A DNA stretch of 64,000 nt from Bdellovibrio sp. (GCA_020725805.1 DYEF01000072.1:148-64147), one strand, 5' to 3'. Numbered from the stretch's first letter, positions 29,880 through 39,393 are shown. Notes: generated by a model not told the origin, from the letters alone. A program made the numbers and translations.

Positions 29880-30784
29880 TGGGAGACCCTCGTATCGGCA
29901 TAAAAACAGAAGTGCCTGACACCATCAAGATGCGTACTCACCCTGAAGGTGACTTTGTGGGGAGTATTTTTCAGATTATCCATATCTATGCTGAACCTGT
30001 GAGCCCCGATCTTATTCGGGTTTGTGTGGTATAAGACCTCTTTGTCGTCTATTAAAACACTTAGAAATACCGGAGAGCCCTGAACGTATCTGACTGCTTC
30101 GTCTGTCAGTCCGCTAAATCCGGAAATTTTGTCTCCGAGTATAACATTCTCGAAGTTTATCTCGATTATGGAGTTAGTAACCGGATGAGACCAGAGGCAC
30201 TCTCTCCCTGTTCCGTCGATATCCAGTATCTCCTTGCCGATATACTGCCAGTCGGGTCCGCCGCAGGTCCACTTTTCGTTTCTGAAATCCTTGCACTCCT
30301 TTATTTCGTTACCTTTGAGAAGCCTTATTTTTGCATCCTTTATGCTGGCATAGAAATTATAGATGACTTTCTGTGGTTTTTCATTTTTGTAGTGATACAG
30401 AGAGAGTTTGCCGAAGTCTTTTGTGTCAATAAACCTGAATTTCTTTGAAAACCCTTCCTTTATCTTCTCCCCGTATCCGAAGACCGAAAAGACATAGATA
30501 TTTTCATAGACAGAAAAGTCCTCTTCGAGCGGGTATCTCGGATTTAAAAGATTTAATTCGCCTATATACTCCCTTGCGCGCTCTGCCCAGAAGGGCTGCA
30601 GAATGATAACATCTCTTGAATTGTCGAAATTCTGTTTGATATATTTTGAAATATTTTCATAATCTTTGAGTGACGGCCTCGAAAGAGGGCTATAGATATA
30701 CCAGCCAAAAGAGAATAAAAGGACACCGATAAAGATACACAATGAAGCAATGTTTACATATTTCATTATTCTCTGATACAGCAT
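29876..30784 (-). CDS. Membrane-anchored hypothetical protein with possible carbohydrate-binding C-terminal domain
   Basis: N-terminal TM; CLWSHP, GLTDEA, RHFCF; 4-bp overlap with the GT gene. Confidence 0.65.
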   Translation of the reverse strand: MLYQRIMKYVNIASLCIFIGVLLFSFGWYIYSPLSRPSLKDYENISKYIKQNFDNSRDVIILQPFWAERAREYIGELNLLNPRYPLEEDFSVYENIYVFSVFGYGEKIKEGFSKKFRFIDTKDFGKLSLYHYKNEKPQKVIYNFYASIKDAKIRLLKGNEIKECKDFRNEKWTCGGPDWQYIGKEILDIDGTGRECLWSHPVTNSIIEINFENVILGDKISGFSGLTDEAVRYVQGSPVFLSVLIDDKEVLYHTNPNKIGAHRFSIDMDNLKNTPHKVTFRVSTHLDGVRHFCFYADTRVSQ

Positions 30785-30967
30785 AACAGGCAGATTACCT
30801 ACCTTAAAATACAGGTTTTTTCAATAAGAAACGGATTTGGAAAGACAATTTCAGGGATTTTAGGATACCCATCTCTTTTGTTTACAAAAGTGAATTTTGA
30901 AATATAATATATACTCCGTAATTTCAGGTATTTCAGGAATCGTAAGGTTTATTTTATCCGGAAGTAT

Positions 30968-31621
30968 ATGGTAACGATCAAATCAAAGGACAGGGTCAGA
31001 GATTTCGGAGAGGTTCTTACTCCGGAAAAAATAGTCAATGATATGCTCGATCTTGTAAAGCGGGAGACTCTCAGAATTGATTCACGCTTTCTTGAGCCTG
31101 CCTGCGGTACCGGGAATTTTCTGATCGAGATACTCAGGAGGAAACTGGATGTCGTCGGGAAGAAGTATCGAAAAGAGCAGATTGAGTATGAGCGGTATTC
31201 AGTTCTCGCAGTATCTTCAATTTATGGGATAGATCTACTCGAGGACAATGTAATAGAGTGCAGAAGCCGTCTTTTTGAACTATATAAGGAGAAATACTCG
31301 AAACTCTACGGTCTTTTTATAAAGAAGAAACTTCTGGAGTCAGTTAGTTATATTCTTTCGAGGAATATCATCTGTGGTGATGCACTTACTCTTAAGACCG
31401 TAGGAGATAATCCGGAACCAATTATTTTTTCCGAGTGGTCTCTTTTCAACGGCAGTATGGTGATCAGGAGGGATTTTGCCTTTTATGAACTGATGGATGA
31501 CTGTCAGTATACTGAAAGACCACTTTTTTCGGATCTCGGGGAGAAGGTGTTTATTCCTAAGCCAAAGAAAGAGTATTCACCGGTTCATTTTATGGAGATA
31601 GCAAATGCCTATGATAAGTAA
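30968..31621 (+). CDS. Small SAM-binding DNA methyltransferase-like subunit
   Basis: RVRDFGEVLTP, FLEPACGTGNFL, IYGIDL, NIICGDAL; no NPPY-type catalytic motif. Confidence 0.85.
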   Translation: MVTIKSKDRVRDFGEVLTPEKIVNDMLDLVKRETLRIDSRFLEPACGTGNFLIEILRRKLDVVGKKYRKEQIEYERYSVLAVSSIYGIDLLEDNVIECRSRLFELYKEKYSKLYGLFIKKKLLESVSYILSRNIICGDALTLKTVGDNPEPIIFSEWSLFNGSMVIRRDFAFYELMDDCQYTERPLFSDLGEKVFIPKPKKEYSPVHFMEIANAYDK

Positions 31622-33179
31622 TTATAATCCTGATGTGCTCTCCTGTCTGGCAAATCTTTCGAGCGACGAGGTTTTCACACCGCCCGGGCTTGCCAATCAG
31701 ATGCTCGATTTGCTGCCGCAGCAGCTATGGAACAATCCCGATATCCGTTTTCTCGACCCCTGCTGCAAGTCAGGTGTCTTCCTGCGCGAGATAGCGAAGA
31801 GACTCGATAAGGGACTTGAAAATAAGATTCCTGACCGGCAGGAACGTATCAATCATATTATGAAGAATCAGCTCTTTGGCATTGCCATTACCGAACTGAC
31901 CGGGCTGATATCGAGACGCTCACTGTATTGCTCTAAAACTGCAAACGGGAAATATTCTGTATGTACTGTCTTTAATGACCCTTACGGCAATATCCGTTTC
32001 AGGAGGATTAAGCACGAATGGAAGGATGGACGTTGTGTTTTTTGCGGTGCAAGTCAGGAAAACTATGACCGTGGGCCGGACCTCGAGAGCCACGCATACG
32101 AGTTTATCCATACCGAAAAACCGGAGGAGATATTTAATATGAAGTTTGATGTAATCATCGGCAACCCGCCGTATCAGCTCAGTGATGGTGGAGGAGAGGG
32201 TTATAGTGCGGTTCCAATCTACAATTATTTTGTTGAGAATGCTATTAAGATTAGACCTAGATACTTGTTGATGATTATTCCTGCTCGGTGGTATTCTGGT
32301 GGTAAAGGTCTGGATGATTTCAGGAAAATGATATTGAGTGATAATCGGTTCAAGGAGCTTCATGATTTTCCTGAGACTTCTGACTGTTTTCCTGGATTAA
32401 ATATCAGAGGAGGAGTTTGCTATTTTCTATGGTCAAGCGATTATATTGGTGATTGCAAGGTAGTTAATCATATAGGGAAGAGTTTTAATTCGATGGTTAG
32501 GTCTTTAACTGAGCCAAATATTGAAATTTTTATTAGGTATAACAAAGCAATAAGTATTGTTAGAAAAGTTCGTTCTTTCAATGAGCCTACTTATGATAAT
32601 CTTGTTATGTCAAGGAACGTATTTGGTATACCATCGAATTTCAATCTTTACTCAAAAAATCCAAAAGAAAATTTTAATATTAAACTATATAGGAGTGATA
32701 GGTCTTGTAGAGATATTTCGGACAGAGTTGTTTATGTATCAAGTAAACATATAAAAAGAAATATTCACCTAGTTAACAAGATAAAGGTGATAGTCTCTAA
32801 GGCAAGTCCAGGTGGAGATGAATATCCTCATTCTATAATTACTACACCTATAATAGCAGGGAAGAAATCCGTATGTACAGAAACATATCTTGTTATATCT
32901 GTTTTTAATTCAATGAAAGAAGCTAAGAATTTGTTATGTTATATGTCTACAAAATTTTTTAGGTTTATGCTAGCTCTAGTTAAAAATACTCAGAATATAT
33001 CTAGGGATTGCTTCTCACTTGTTCCAGTTGTTAATCTAGATAATGTTTGGACTGACGAGAACCTATATAAAAAATATGGTCTTACTAAGGAGGAGATTGA
33101 TTTTATAGAGTCTATGATTCGTCCTATGCCTCTTAATGGAGGAGATGAGATAGTCACCGATGAAGGGGATGATGAGTGA
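31605..33179 (+). CDS. Eco57I-domain DNA adenine methyltransferase with C-terminal target recognition region
   Basis: DEVFTP, FLDPCCKSGVFL, FDVIIGNPPY, MIIPARW, GGVCYF. Confidence 0.9.
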   Translation: MPMISNYNPDVLSCLANLSSDEVFTPPGLANQMLDLLPQQLWNNPDIRFLDPCCKSGVFLREIAKRLDKGLENKIPDRQERINHIMKNQLFGIAITELTGLISRRSLYCSKTANGKYSVCTVFNDPYGNIRFRRIKHEWKDGRCVFCGASQENYDRGPDLESHAYEFIHTEKPEEIFNMKFDVIIGNPPYQLSDGGGEGYSAVPIYNYFVENAIKIRPRYLLMIIPARWYSGGKGLDDFRKMILSDNRFKELHDFPETSDCFPGLNIRGGVCYFLWSSDYIGDCKVVNHIGKSFNSMVRSLTEPNIEIFIRYNKAISIVRKVRSFNEPTYDNLVMSRNVFGIPSNFNLYSKNPKENFNIKLYRSDRSCRDISDRVVYVSSKHIKRNIHLVNKIKVIVSKASPGGDEYPHSIITTPIIAGKKSVCTETYLVISVFNSMKEAKNLLCYMSTKFFRFMLALVKNTQNISRDCFSLVPVVNLDNVWTDENLYKKYGLTKEEIDFIESMIRPMPLNGGDEIVTDEGDDE

Positions 33180-33232
33180 TAGACAACAAACTTTTTAGCT
33201 CCAATGATGAGGAATAGCGGAGGACCAATATA

Positions 33233-35746
33233 ATGGCAGTCAACTATGATTTTTTCCCCCAACGTCCTAAAGTAGAGCCGAAGATTTATGCCTATGAGGA
33301 GACCAATCCGCAGTATGCCGGATTACTAAAAATCGGCTACACCACACGGAGTGTTCAGGAAAGGGTAGCAGAGCAGTTTCCTACACTGCGTCCGGGTCCG
33401 AAGCCATACAGGATTGTCCTCGAAGAGACAGCTGTAAGAAATGACGGGACTTCATTTACTGACCATGATGTGCACAGAATGCTTCGTATAAACGGTATCC
33501 AGAAGGCAGGCGGTGAATGGTATCGCTGCAGTGTCGAACAGCTGAAATCCGCAATCAATGCAGTTAAGGAAGGCCAGCTTTTCGAGGAACAACGTTCACA
33601 GAATTTCAGAATGAGACCCGAACAGGAGGCGGCAGTCGAAAAGACTATTGCATATTTCAAAAACTATAGCAGAGAGAATAAAAAACCACCTCATTTTCTC
33701 TGGAACTGTAAAATGCGTTTTGGAAAGACATTTGCTGCCTATCAGCTCGCAAAAAGGATGAACTGGAAGAGGGTACTAGTTCTGACCTTCAAACCGGCGG
33801 TTCAGAGTGCATGGGAGGAAGATTTAAGATGTCATATTGATTTTGCAGGCTGGCAGTTTATCAAACCCGGTGGGCTGACCTACGAACAGGCTGATAAAAA
33901 GAAGCCTATCGTATGTTTCGGTTCATTTCAGGATTATCTGGGACGCAATCCCAATACAGGAGGTATAAAGACAAAAAATGAGTGGGTTCATACGATAAAC
34001 TGGGATTGTGTCATATTAGATGAATATCATTACGGTGCATGGAGAGAGAATGCTAAGGATCTCTTCGAGTCAGAAGATGAGGATGAAAAGAGGGCTGCAA
34101 CGGGTGAAGGTATCGAATATTTTGATGAAGATATGATGCCTATTACCTCCAATCATTATCTTTATCTCTCTGGTACCCCTTTTCGTGCAATTGCAACCGG
34201 TGAGTTCATTGAAGAACAGATATATAACTGGACATATTCGGATGAACAGAGAGCAAAACAGGAGTGGAAAGGAGAGAACAATCCGTATTTATCACTTCCC
34301 AGAATGGTACTCCTAACCTACCAGCTACCGGATGCAATAAGGGAGGTAGCTCTTATGGGAGAGTTCAATGAGTTTGACCTGAATACCTTCTTCTCTGCGG
34401 AAGGGATTGGTGATAATGCAAAGTTTGTTTATGAGAATGAGGTGCAGAAATGGCTCGACCTTATAAGAGGAGAATATCTGCCGGCAAATATCGACAATCT
34501 TAAACTCGGTGCCCAGAGACCTCCTCTTCCTTTCTCCGATGTAAGACTATTGAATGTCCTGACTCATACATTGTGGTTTCTTCCAAGTGTCGCAGCCTGC
34601 TACGCAATGAGAAACCTGCTCAGAAAAAGGCAGAACAAGTTCTATCAGGATTATATAATAATCGTTGCAGCAGGTGCAGCAGCCGGGATTGGAGTAGAGG
34701 CACTAAAACCTGTACTCGAGGCGATGGATGACCCTCTTAAAACAAAGACGATTACACTTACCTGTGGAAAACTGACGACCGGTGTGACCGTAAGACCTTG
34801 GACGGGTATATTTATGCTTAGAAACTGTCAGAGCCCCGAGACATATTTTCAGGCGGCATTCCGTGTTCAGAATCCCTGGACTATCAAAAACCCCGACGGA
34901 ACGTCTCCAAATAAAGAGCTGATACTTAAAGAGGAATGTTATGTCTTCGATTTTGCACCGGACCGTGCACTAATACAGATTGCTGATTACAGTTGCAGGC
35001 TCAACCTTAATGAAAGCGACCCTGAAAAGAAAGTGGAGGAGTTTATAAGATTCCTTCCGGTTCTTGCATATGACGGAAGTTCTATGAAACAGATAGATGC
35101 CGCCGGAGTACTGGATATGGCAATGAGCGGGACGACGGCTACATTACTTGCGCGTCGCTGGGAGAGTGCATTATTGGTTAATGTAGATAACGATACCTTA
35201 AAGCGTCTTCTAAACGAAGAGGCTGCTATGAAGGCTCTGATGTCTATCGAAGGATTCAGGAGCCTGAACAAAGATATCGAAACGATTATTAATAAATCTG
35301 AAGCAGTGAAGAAACTAAGCAGAGAGGCAAATGAGAGAAATCTAACAAAAAGCGAAAAGAAACAGCTTACAGAAGAGGAGAAGGAATATAAAAGTCTAAG
35401 GAAAGAGATTCAGGACAAACTAATTAAATTTGCAACAAGAATACCGGTTTTTATGTATTTAACGGATTATCGCGAAAGGACGCTCAGGGATGTAATTACC
35501 CAGCTGGAACCGGGATTGTTCAAAAAAGTAACAGGATTAACCATAAAAGACTTCGAACTGCTGGTCAGTCTGGGCTTATTTAACAGCGCATTGATGAACG
35601 ATGCTGTATATAAGTTCAAAAGATATGAGGACCCGAGTCTTGTATATACAGGTATCAACAGGCATGAAGAAGGAGATTATGGTCTCTATGACACCGTTAT
35701 AAAGAAAAGGGATAGTGATACAATTCTGTTGAATAAAGATAAATAG
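33233..35746 (+). CDS. Restriction endonuclease-like protein: T5orf172/GIY-YIG-like nuclease plus SF2 (ResIII-like) helicase
   Basis: IYAY..LKIGYTTR..ER..GEWY; MRFGKT, ILDEYH, LSGTPF, QAAFRVQ, VFDFAP. Confidence 0.88.
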   Translation: MAVNYDFFPQRPKVEPKIYAYEETNPQYAGLLKIGYTTRSVQERVAEQFPTLRPGPKPYRIVLEETAVRNDGTSFTDHDVHRMLRINGIQKAGGEWYRCSVEQLKSAINAVKEGQLFEEQRSQNFRMRPEQEAAVEKTIAYFKNYSRENKKPPHFLWNCKMRFGKTFAAYQLAKRMNWKRVLVLTFKPAVQSAWEEDLRCHIDFAGWQFIKPGGLTYEQADKKKPIVCFGSFQDYLGRNPNTGGIKTKNEWVHTINWDCVILDEYHYGAWRENAKDLFESEDEDEKRAATGEGIEYFDEDMMPITSNHYLYLSGTPFRAIATGEFIEEQIYNWTYSDEQRAKQEWKGENNPYLSLPRMVLLTYQLPDAIREVALMGEFNEFDLNTFFSAEGIGDNAKFVYENEVQKWLDLIRGEYLPANIDNLKLGAQRPPLPFSDVRLLNVLTHTLWFLPSVAACYAMRNLLRKRQNKFYQDYIIIVAAGAAAGIGVEALKPVLEAMDDPLKTKTITLTCGKLTTGVTVRPWTGIFMLRNCQSPETYFQAAFRVQNPWTIKNPDGTSPNKELILKEECYVFDFAPDRALIQIADYSCRLNLNESDPEKKVEEFIRFLPVLAYDGSSMKQIDAAGVLDMAMSGTTATLLARRWESALLVNVDNDTLKRLLNEEAAMKALMSIEGFRSLNKDIETIINKSEAVKKLSREANERNLTKSEKKQLTEEEKEYKSLRKEIQDKLIKFATRIPVFMYLTDYRERTLRDVITQLEPGLFKKVTGLTIKDFELLVSLGLFNSALMNDAVYKFKRYEDPSLVYTGINRHEEGDYGLYDTVIKKRDSDTILLNKDK

Positions 35747-35914
35747 ACAACCGGTTTTAGTATAACTAGAAAGATTCGAAGCTTCTGACCCAGATTCGGG
35801 GCTTTGTTTTTATACCTGGCACTTTGGGTGTACAAAAAATAAAGAAAATCACAAAGAAATATCTTTTTATGATAATTCGCAAATATCTATAATCAAAATT
35901 TTAGGGATAAAGTA

Positions 35915-36013
35915 AAATAGGTAGATAGGTGTGGAGCCGTGCACTCTCCACTGCCTCATCATTTTATGCTTTTTAAGCATAAAATGGGCAGGTCAGCCTT
36001 AACCACCTATCTA
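35915..36013 (-). ncRNA. Candidate structured ncRNA (three-way junction), family unknown
   Basis: Outer helix 35922-35931/36004-36013; hairpin GTGGAG/CTCCAC; helix TGCC/GGCA enclosing a perfect 12-bp hairpin 35960-35986; promoter immediately upstream on the minus strand. Confidence 0.55.
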
Positions 36014-36018
36014 TTTAT

Positions 36019-36047
36019 ATAATACTATAAGAGATTCGAATAAGCAA
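36019..36047 (-). promoter_or_regulatory. Putative sigma70 promoter of the ncRNA candidate
   Basis: Minus strand TTGCTT (36047-36042), 17-bp spacer, TATTAT (36024-36019); predicted start ~36012 coincides with the 5' end of the outer helix. Confidence 0.5.
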
Positions 36048-36333
36048 AGATTATGATTAAAATTACTATCGACTCCAGAGAATTAGTTTAATACCTACAA
36101 TACCTAAAAAACTAAAACTCCGAATATATAAATTTAATCAACCATTATGACAAAAATCTCTGGATAGAGCTATCACCAGTAGTACCTCACATTTTTTGGA
36201 TTTTTTTACAAACTAATTTTTGGTATTTTTGGGTATTGATACCTGAAATCTTGGGTGAAAGATATAGAAATATGTCAATAATATCAATGGATTAAATTGT
36301 ACCTGACACCTTTCAGAGCCATTTTTTTAGGGC

Positions 36334-37278
36334 TTAGAATCTTTTCTTGTATATGTGGCAGTATGGTTCTTTTTTGTGTTTTGTGTAGTAATCCTGATGG
36401 TATTCTTCGGCCTTATAGAATTCCGATGCAGGTATTAGTTCGGTCACAACTTTGTATCCCTTCTTCTTCAGAACATCTATTAGTTTTCCGGCTATCTTTT
36501 TCTCTTCTTCATTGTTGTAAAAGATAGCAGACTTATATTGTTCACCAATGTCCGGACCCTGTCCGTCTGCCTGAGTGGGGTCGTGGATCTCGAAGAAGTA
36601 TTTTGTGAGCTCTTCATAGCTGATCTCTTCGGGATTATAGGTAACTTCCACTACCTCCCTGTGCCCGGTTGTGTGCGAGCAAACCTCTTCATAGGTCGGA
36701 TTCTTCTTGTGTCCGCCCATATACCCCGAGACTGCGTCGATTACACCCTTCTTCTTCTCAAAGAGATATTCTACTCCCCAGAAACACCCGCCGGCGTAAT
36801 ATGCCTTTTTCATACTTCTGTCCTCCTTTGATGGTGAAAAGGTCAGCGATACCGAGTTTACACAATGTCTTACATCTTTGGGCGTAAATCCTTCGCCCTC
36901 AAAAATATGTCCGAGGTGTGCCCCGCATTTTGCACATAATATCTCGGTTCTTATACCATCTGCATCCTTCTGTCTCTTGACTGCCTCGGGAATTTCATCG
37001 TCGAATGATGGCCAGCCGCAGCCGGAGTCGAATTTGTCTTCTGACCTGTAGAGCGGTGCCCCGCATCTTTTGCAGTGATATGTCCCTTTTTCGCTGAATT
37101 TGTAGTATTTGCCGGAAAACGGCTTTTCGGTCCCTTTATGAATTATAACATATTCCTCTTCGGGGGTAAGTTTGTTATATTTATTCTCTGCCATAATAAT
37201 GCCTCCGCTTAACGCACCTGCTATAATGATAAAGAACGCTGTATATACTGCATATTTTATATTCCTTAGGAAAACCAT
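36334..37278 (-). CDS. msrAB: Bifunctional methionine sulfoxide reductase MsrB-MsrA
   Basis: GTEKPF, CKRC, SGCGWPSF, HLGHIF, RHCVNS (MsrB); GGCFWG, AEEYHQDYY, PYC (MsrA); N-terminal hydrophobic segment; start uncertain. Confidence 0.93.
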   Translation of the reverse strand: MVFLRNIKYAVYTAFFIIIAGALSGGIIMAENKYNKLTPEEEYVIIHKGTEKPFSGKYYKFSEKGTYHCKRCGAPLYRSEDKFDSGCGWPSFDDEIPEAVKRQKDADGIRTEILCAKCGAHLGHIFEGEGFTPKDVRHCVNSVSLTFSPSKEDRSMKKAYYAGGCFWGVEYLFEKKKGVIDAVSGYMGGHKKNPTYEEVCSHTTGHREVVEVTYNPEEISYEELTKYFFEIHDPTQADGQGPDIGEQYKSAIFYNNEEEKKIAGKLIDVLKKKGYKVVTELIPASEFYKAEEYHQDYYTKHKKEPYCHIYKKRF

Positions 37279-37399
37279 ATCGCCACCTTCCCTGAATCTT
37301 AAGGTATTCATTTTATTTATTTAGTCAATTATTGTGTTGATTTTATGGAAGCAAATTGGTATATTGTCCCTGCCTTTAAGGTTTAACCCGTTTAATTTA

Positions 37400-37442
37400 T
37401 TGACAATTAAATATAATTATGCAAAATTGTCAAAAATTTGAC
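37400..37442. promoter_or_regulatory. Promoter/operator region upstream of HTH-pilM
   Basis: TTGACAATT (37400-37408) / AATTGTCAA (37425-37433) inverted repeat, plus GTCAAA-AA-TTTGAC (37429-37442). Confidence 0.4.
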
Positions 37443-37496
37443 GAGTGAGGAAAATCGTTTTATAAAGTAACCTGTATGATAAGAGGTAAGGTACCT

Positions 37497-37751
37497 ATGA
37501 AGACCAAAAAGAACAACCTGACGAAAATCCGAGAAGAGATGATGATAAGTAAATCCGAACTGGCGAGAAGAGCAGGTGTATCGCCTATAACAATCGACAG
37601 GATAGAGAACGGTATGGAGTGCAGAGTTGATACAAAAAGAAAGATTATTCTTGCATTAGGCCTTAAATTGTCGGATAGAGATAAGGTATTTGGTTCGGAG
37701 CGTGCGGAGGAAGAGGAGCCGCAGGATGACGGAGAAAATTTAAATAAGTGA
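37497..37751 (+). CDS. XRE-family helix-turn-helix protein
   Basis: LTKIREEMMISKSELARRAGVSPITIDRIENG; directly upstream of pilM. Confidence 0.88.
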   Translation: MKTKKNNLTKIREEMMISKSELARRAGVSPITIDRIENGMECRVDTKRKIILALGLKLSDRDKVFGSERAEEEEPQDDGENLNK

Positions 37752-37758
37752 GGAGAAA

Positions 37759-38829
37759 ATGTTATTCGGAAAATCAAAAGATGTAATAGGTCTGGATATC
37801 GGCAGTTCTTCTGTAAAGATAATACAGCTCAAGGAAGGGAAGCACGGTTATACGCTGGTAAATTTCGGTATGATAGCACTCCCGCCCGAGACCATTGTGG
37901 ATAACGCGATAATGAATTCTGCCGCCGTGGTAGAGGTGGTAAAGGAACTTCTCAACTCCACAAAAATCAAGGAAAGGAATGTCGTTATGGGTCTTTCCGG
38001 ACATTCCGTTATCATCAAAAAAATCACTCTTCCTACGATGTCACAGGAACAGCTCGAGGAGGCGATTCACTGGGAGGCTGAGCAGTATATACCCTTCGAT
38101 ATCAACGATGTAAATATGGATGTTACAATCCTCAATCCCAATTCGACCGTTGCGGGTCAGATGGATGTCCTGCTTGTTGCAGCTAAGAAGGAGATGGTGC
38201 AGGATTACGTCTCGATAGCGGCAGAGGCCGGCCTTACACCCACAGTAATAGATGTAGATGTCTTTGCATTACAGAATATGTTCGAGATTAATTATGAGAT
38301 GAATCCGGGAGAGACGATAGTTCTCTGCAATATCGGTGCAGCAAATACCAACCTCAATATCATAAATAACGGCATCTCACTCTTTACCCGAGACCTTACG
38401 GTCGGCGGCAATATGATAACCGAAGAGATTATGAAGGGTCTAAATATCTCTTTCGATGAGGCGGAGGCCCTCAAGATAGGCGGGCAGAGTACCGCTGACG
38501 GGGATTCGGTAATACCTCAGGAAGTCGACAAGATTATTCAGTCTGTCTCCGATATGATTGCAAATGAGATTCAGCGTTCCATAGACTTCTATACTGCCAC
38601 CACTGCAGACTCCTCGATAGGCAGAATCTATCTGTGCGGCGGCTGTGCAAAGATAGCCTCCATACTCAGGATACTCGAGGCAAGGCTGAATATACCGGTC
38701 GAACTGGTAAATCCATTCAGGAATATAGAGATAGACGAGAGGAGATTCGATACGGAATATATTCAGAATATCGCACCTCTGGCGTCGATATCGGTAGGAC
38801 TGGGAATAAGAAGACCTTATGATAAGTAG
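37759..38829 (+). CDS. pilM: Type IV pilus assembly protein PilM
   Basis: IGLDIGSSSVK, EAEQYIPF, VLLVAAKK, LCGGCA; operon context. Confidence 0.95.
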   Translation: MLFGKSKDVIGLDIGSSSVKIIQLKEGKHGYTLVNFGMIALPPETIVDNAIMNSAAVVEVVKELLNSTKIKERNVVMGLSGHSVIIKKITLPTMSQEQLEEAIHWEAEQYIPFDINDVNMDVTILNPNSTVAGQMDVLLVAAKKEMVQDYVSIAAEAGLTPTVIDVDVFALQNMFEINYEMNPGETIVLCNIGAANTNLNIINNGISLFTRDLTVGGNMITEEIMKGLNISFDEAEALKIGGQSTADGDSVIPQEVDKIIQSVSDMIANEIQRSIDFYTATTADSSIGRIYLCGGCAKIASILRILEARLNIPVELVNPFRNIEIDERRFDTEYIQNIAPLASISVGLGIRRPYDK

Positions 38830-38847
38830 TTTTTAAGGAGCGAGTCA

Positions 38848-39393
38848 ATGATTAGAATAAATTTATTACAGGTTAAGGCAGAGAAGAAGAAGCAGACGGG
38901 TCAGCAGCAGATTATCCTCTTTGGTCTTGTTCTCGCAGTCGAGATAGTGATTCTTATAATACTCTTCGGCTCTGTCTCTGCGGCAAAGAAATCGCTTGTT
39001 CAGAAGGTCGCTTATTACAATGCTGAGATTCAGAAACTCGACCAGATTATAGGAGAGGTCAATCAGTATAAGGAGACAAAGGCTACGCTCGAGGCAAAGC
39101 TCAAGGTAATCGATGACCTGAAAAAGGGTAGAAGCGGTCCCATAAAGGTGCTGGACGAAATTGCTCAGAAAACCCCCAAGAAACTCTGGCTGATGAAATT
39201 CGAGGAGAAGGGTAGAAGCACGGTTATATCGGGAGAGGCATCAAGTGACGAGGATATAGCGGCGTTTTTGTCTGACCTTGAGAGATCCCAGTATTTCTCT
39301 CAGGTCCGTCTGAAATTTACAAAGGCGGCGGAGAGGGAAGGGAATCAGGTAAAACAATTTGAAATAGAATGTGTGGTGAACTATGCAATTTAA
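38848..39393 (+). CDS. pilN: Type IV pilus assembly protein PilN
   Basis: MIRINLL motif, TM, coiled coil, PKKLWL. Confidence 0.93.
   Translation: MIRINLLQVKAEKKKQTGQQQIILFGLVLAVEIVILIILFGSVSAAKKSLVQKVAYYNAEIQKLDQIIGEVNQYKETKATLEAKLKVIDDLKKGRSGPIKVLDEIAQKTPKKLWLMKFEEKGRSTVISGEASSDEDIAAFLSDLERSQYFSQVRLKFTKAAEREGNQVKQFEIECVVNYAI

Noticed and set aside
35915-36013. Hammerhead/twister ribozyme, retron RNA or simple terminator
   Set aside because: No CUGANGA/GAAA core, no twister P2 partner found, no reverse transcriptase nearby; multi-branch fold ~170 bp past the helicase stop with its own promoter is unlike a plain terminator
30785-36333. RM island as an autonomous mobile element
   Set aside because: No integrase, transposase, terminal repeats or target duplication detected by eye
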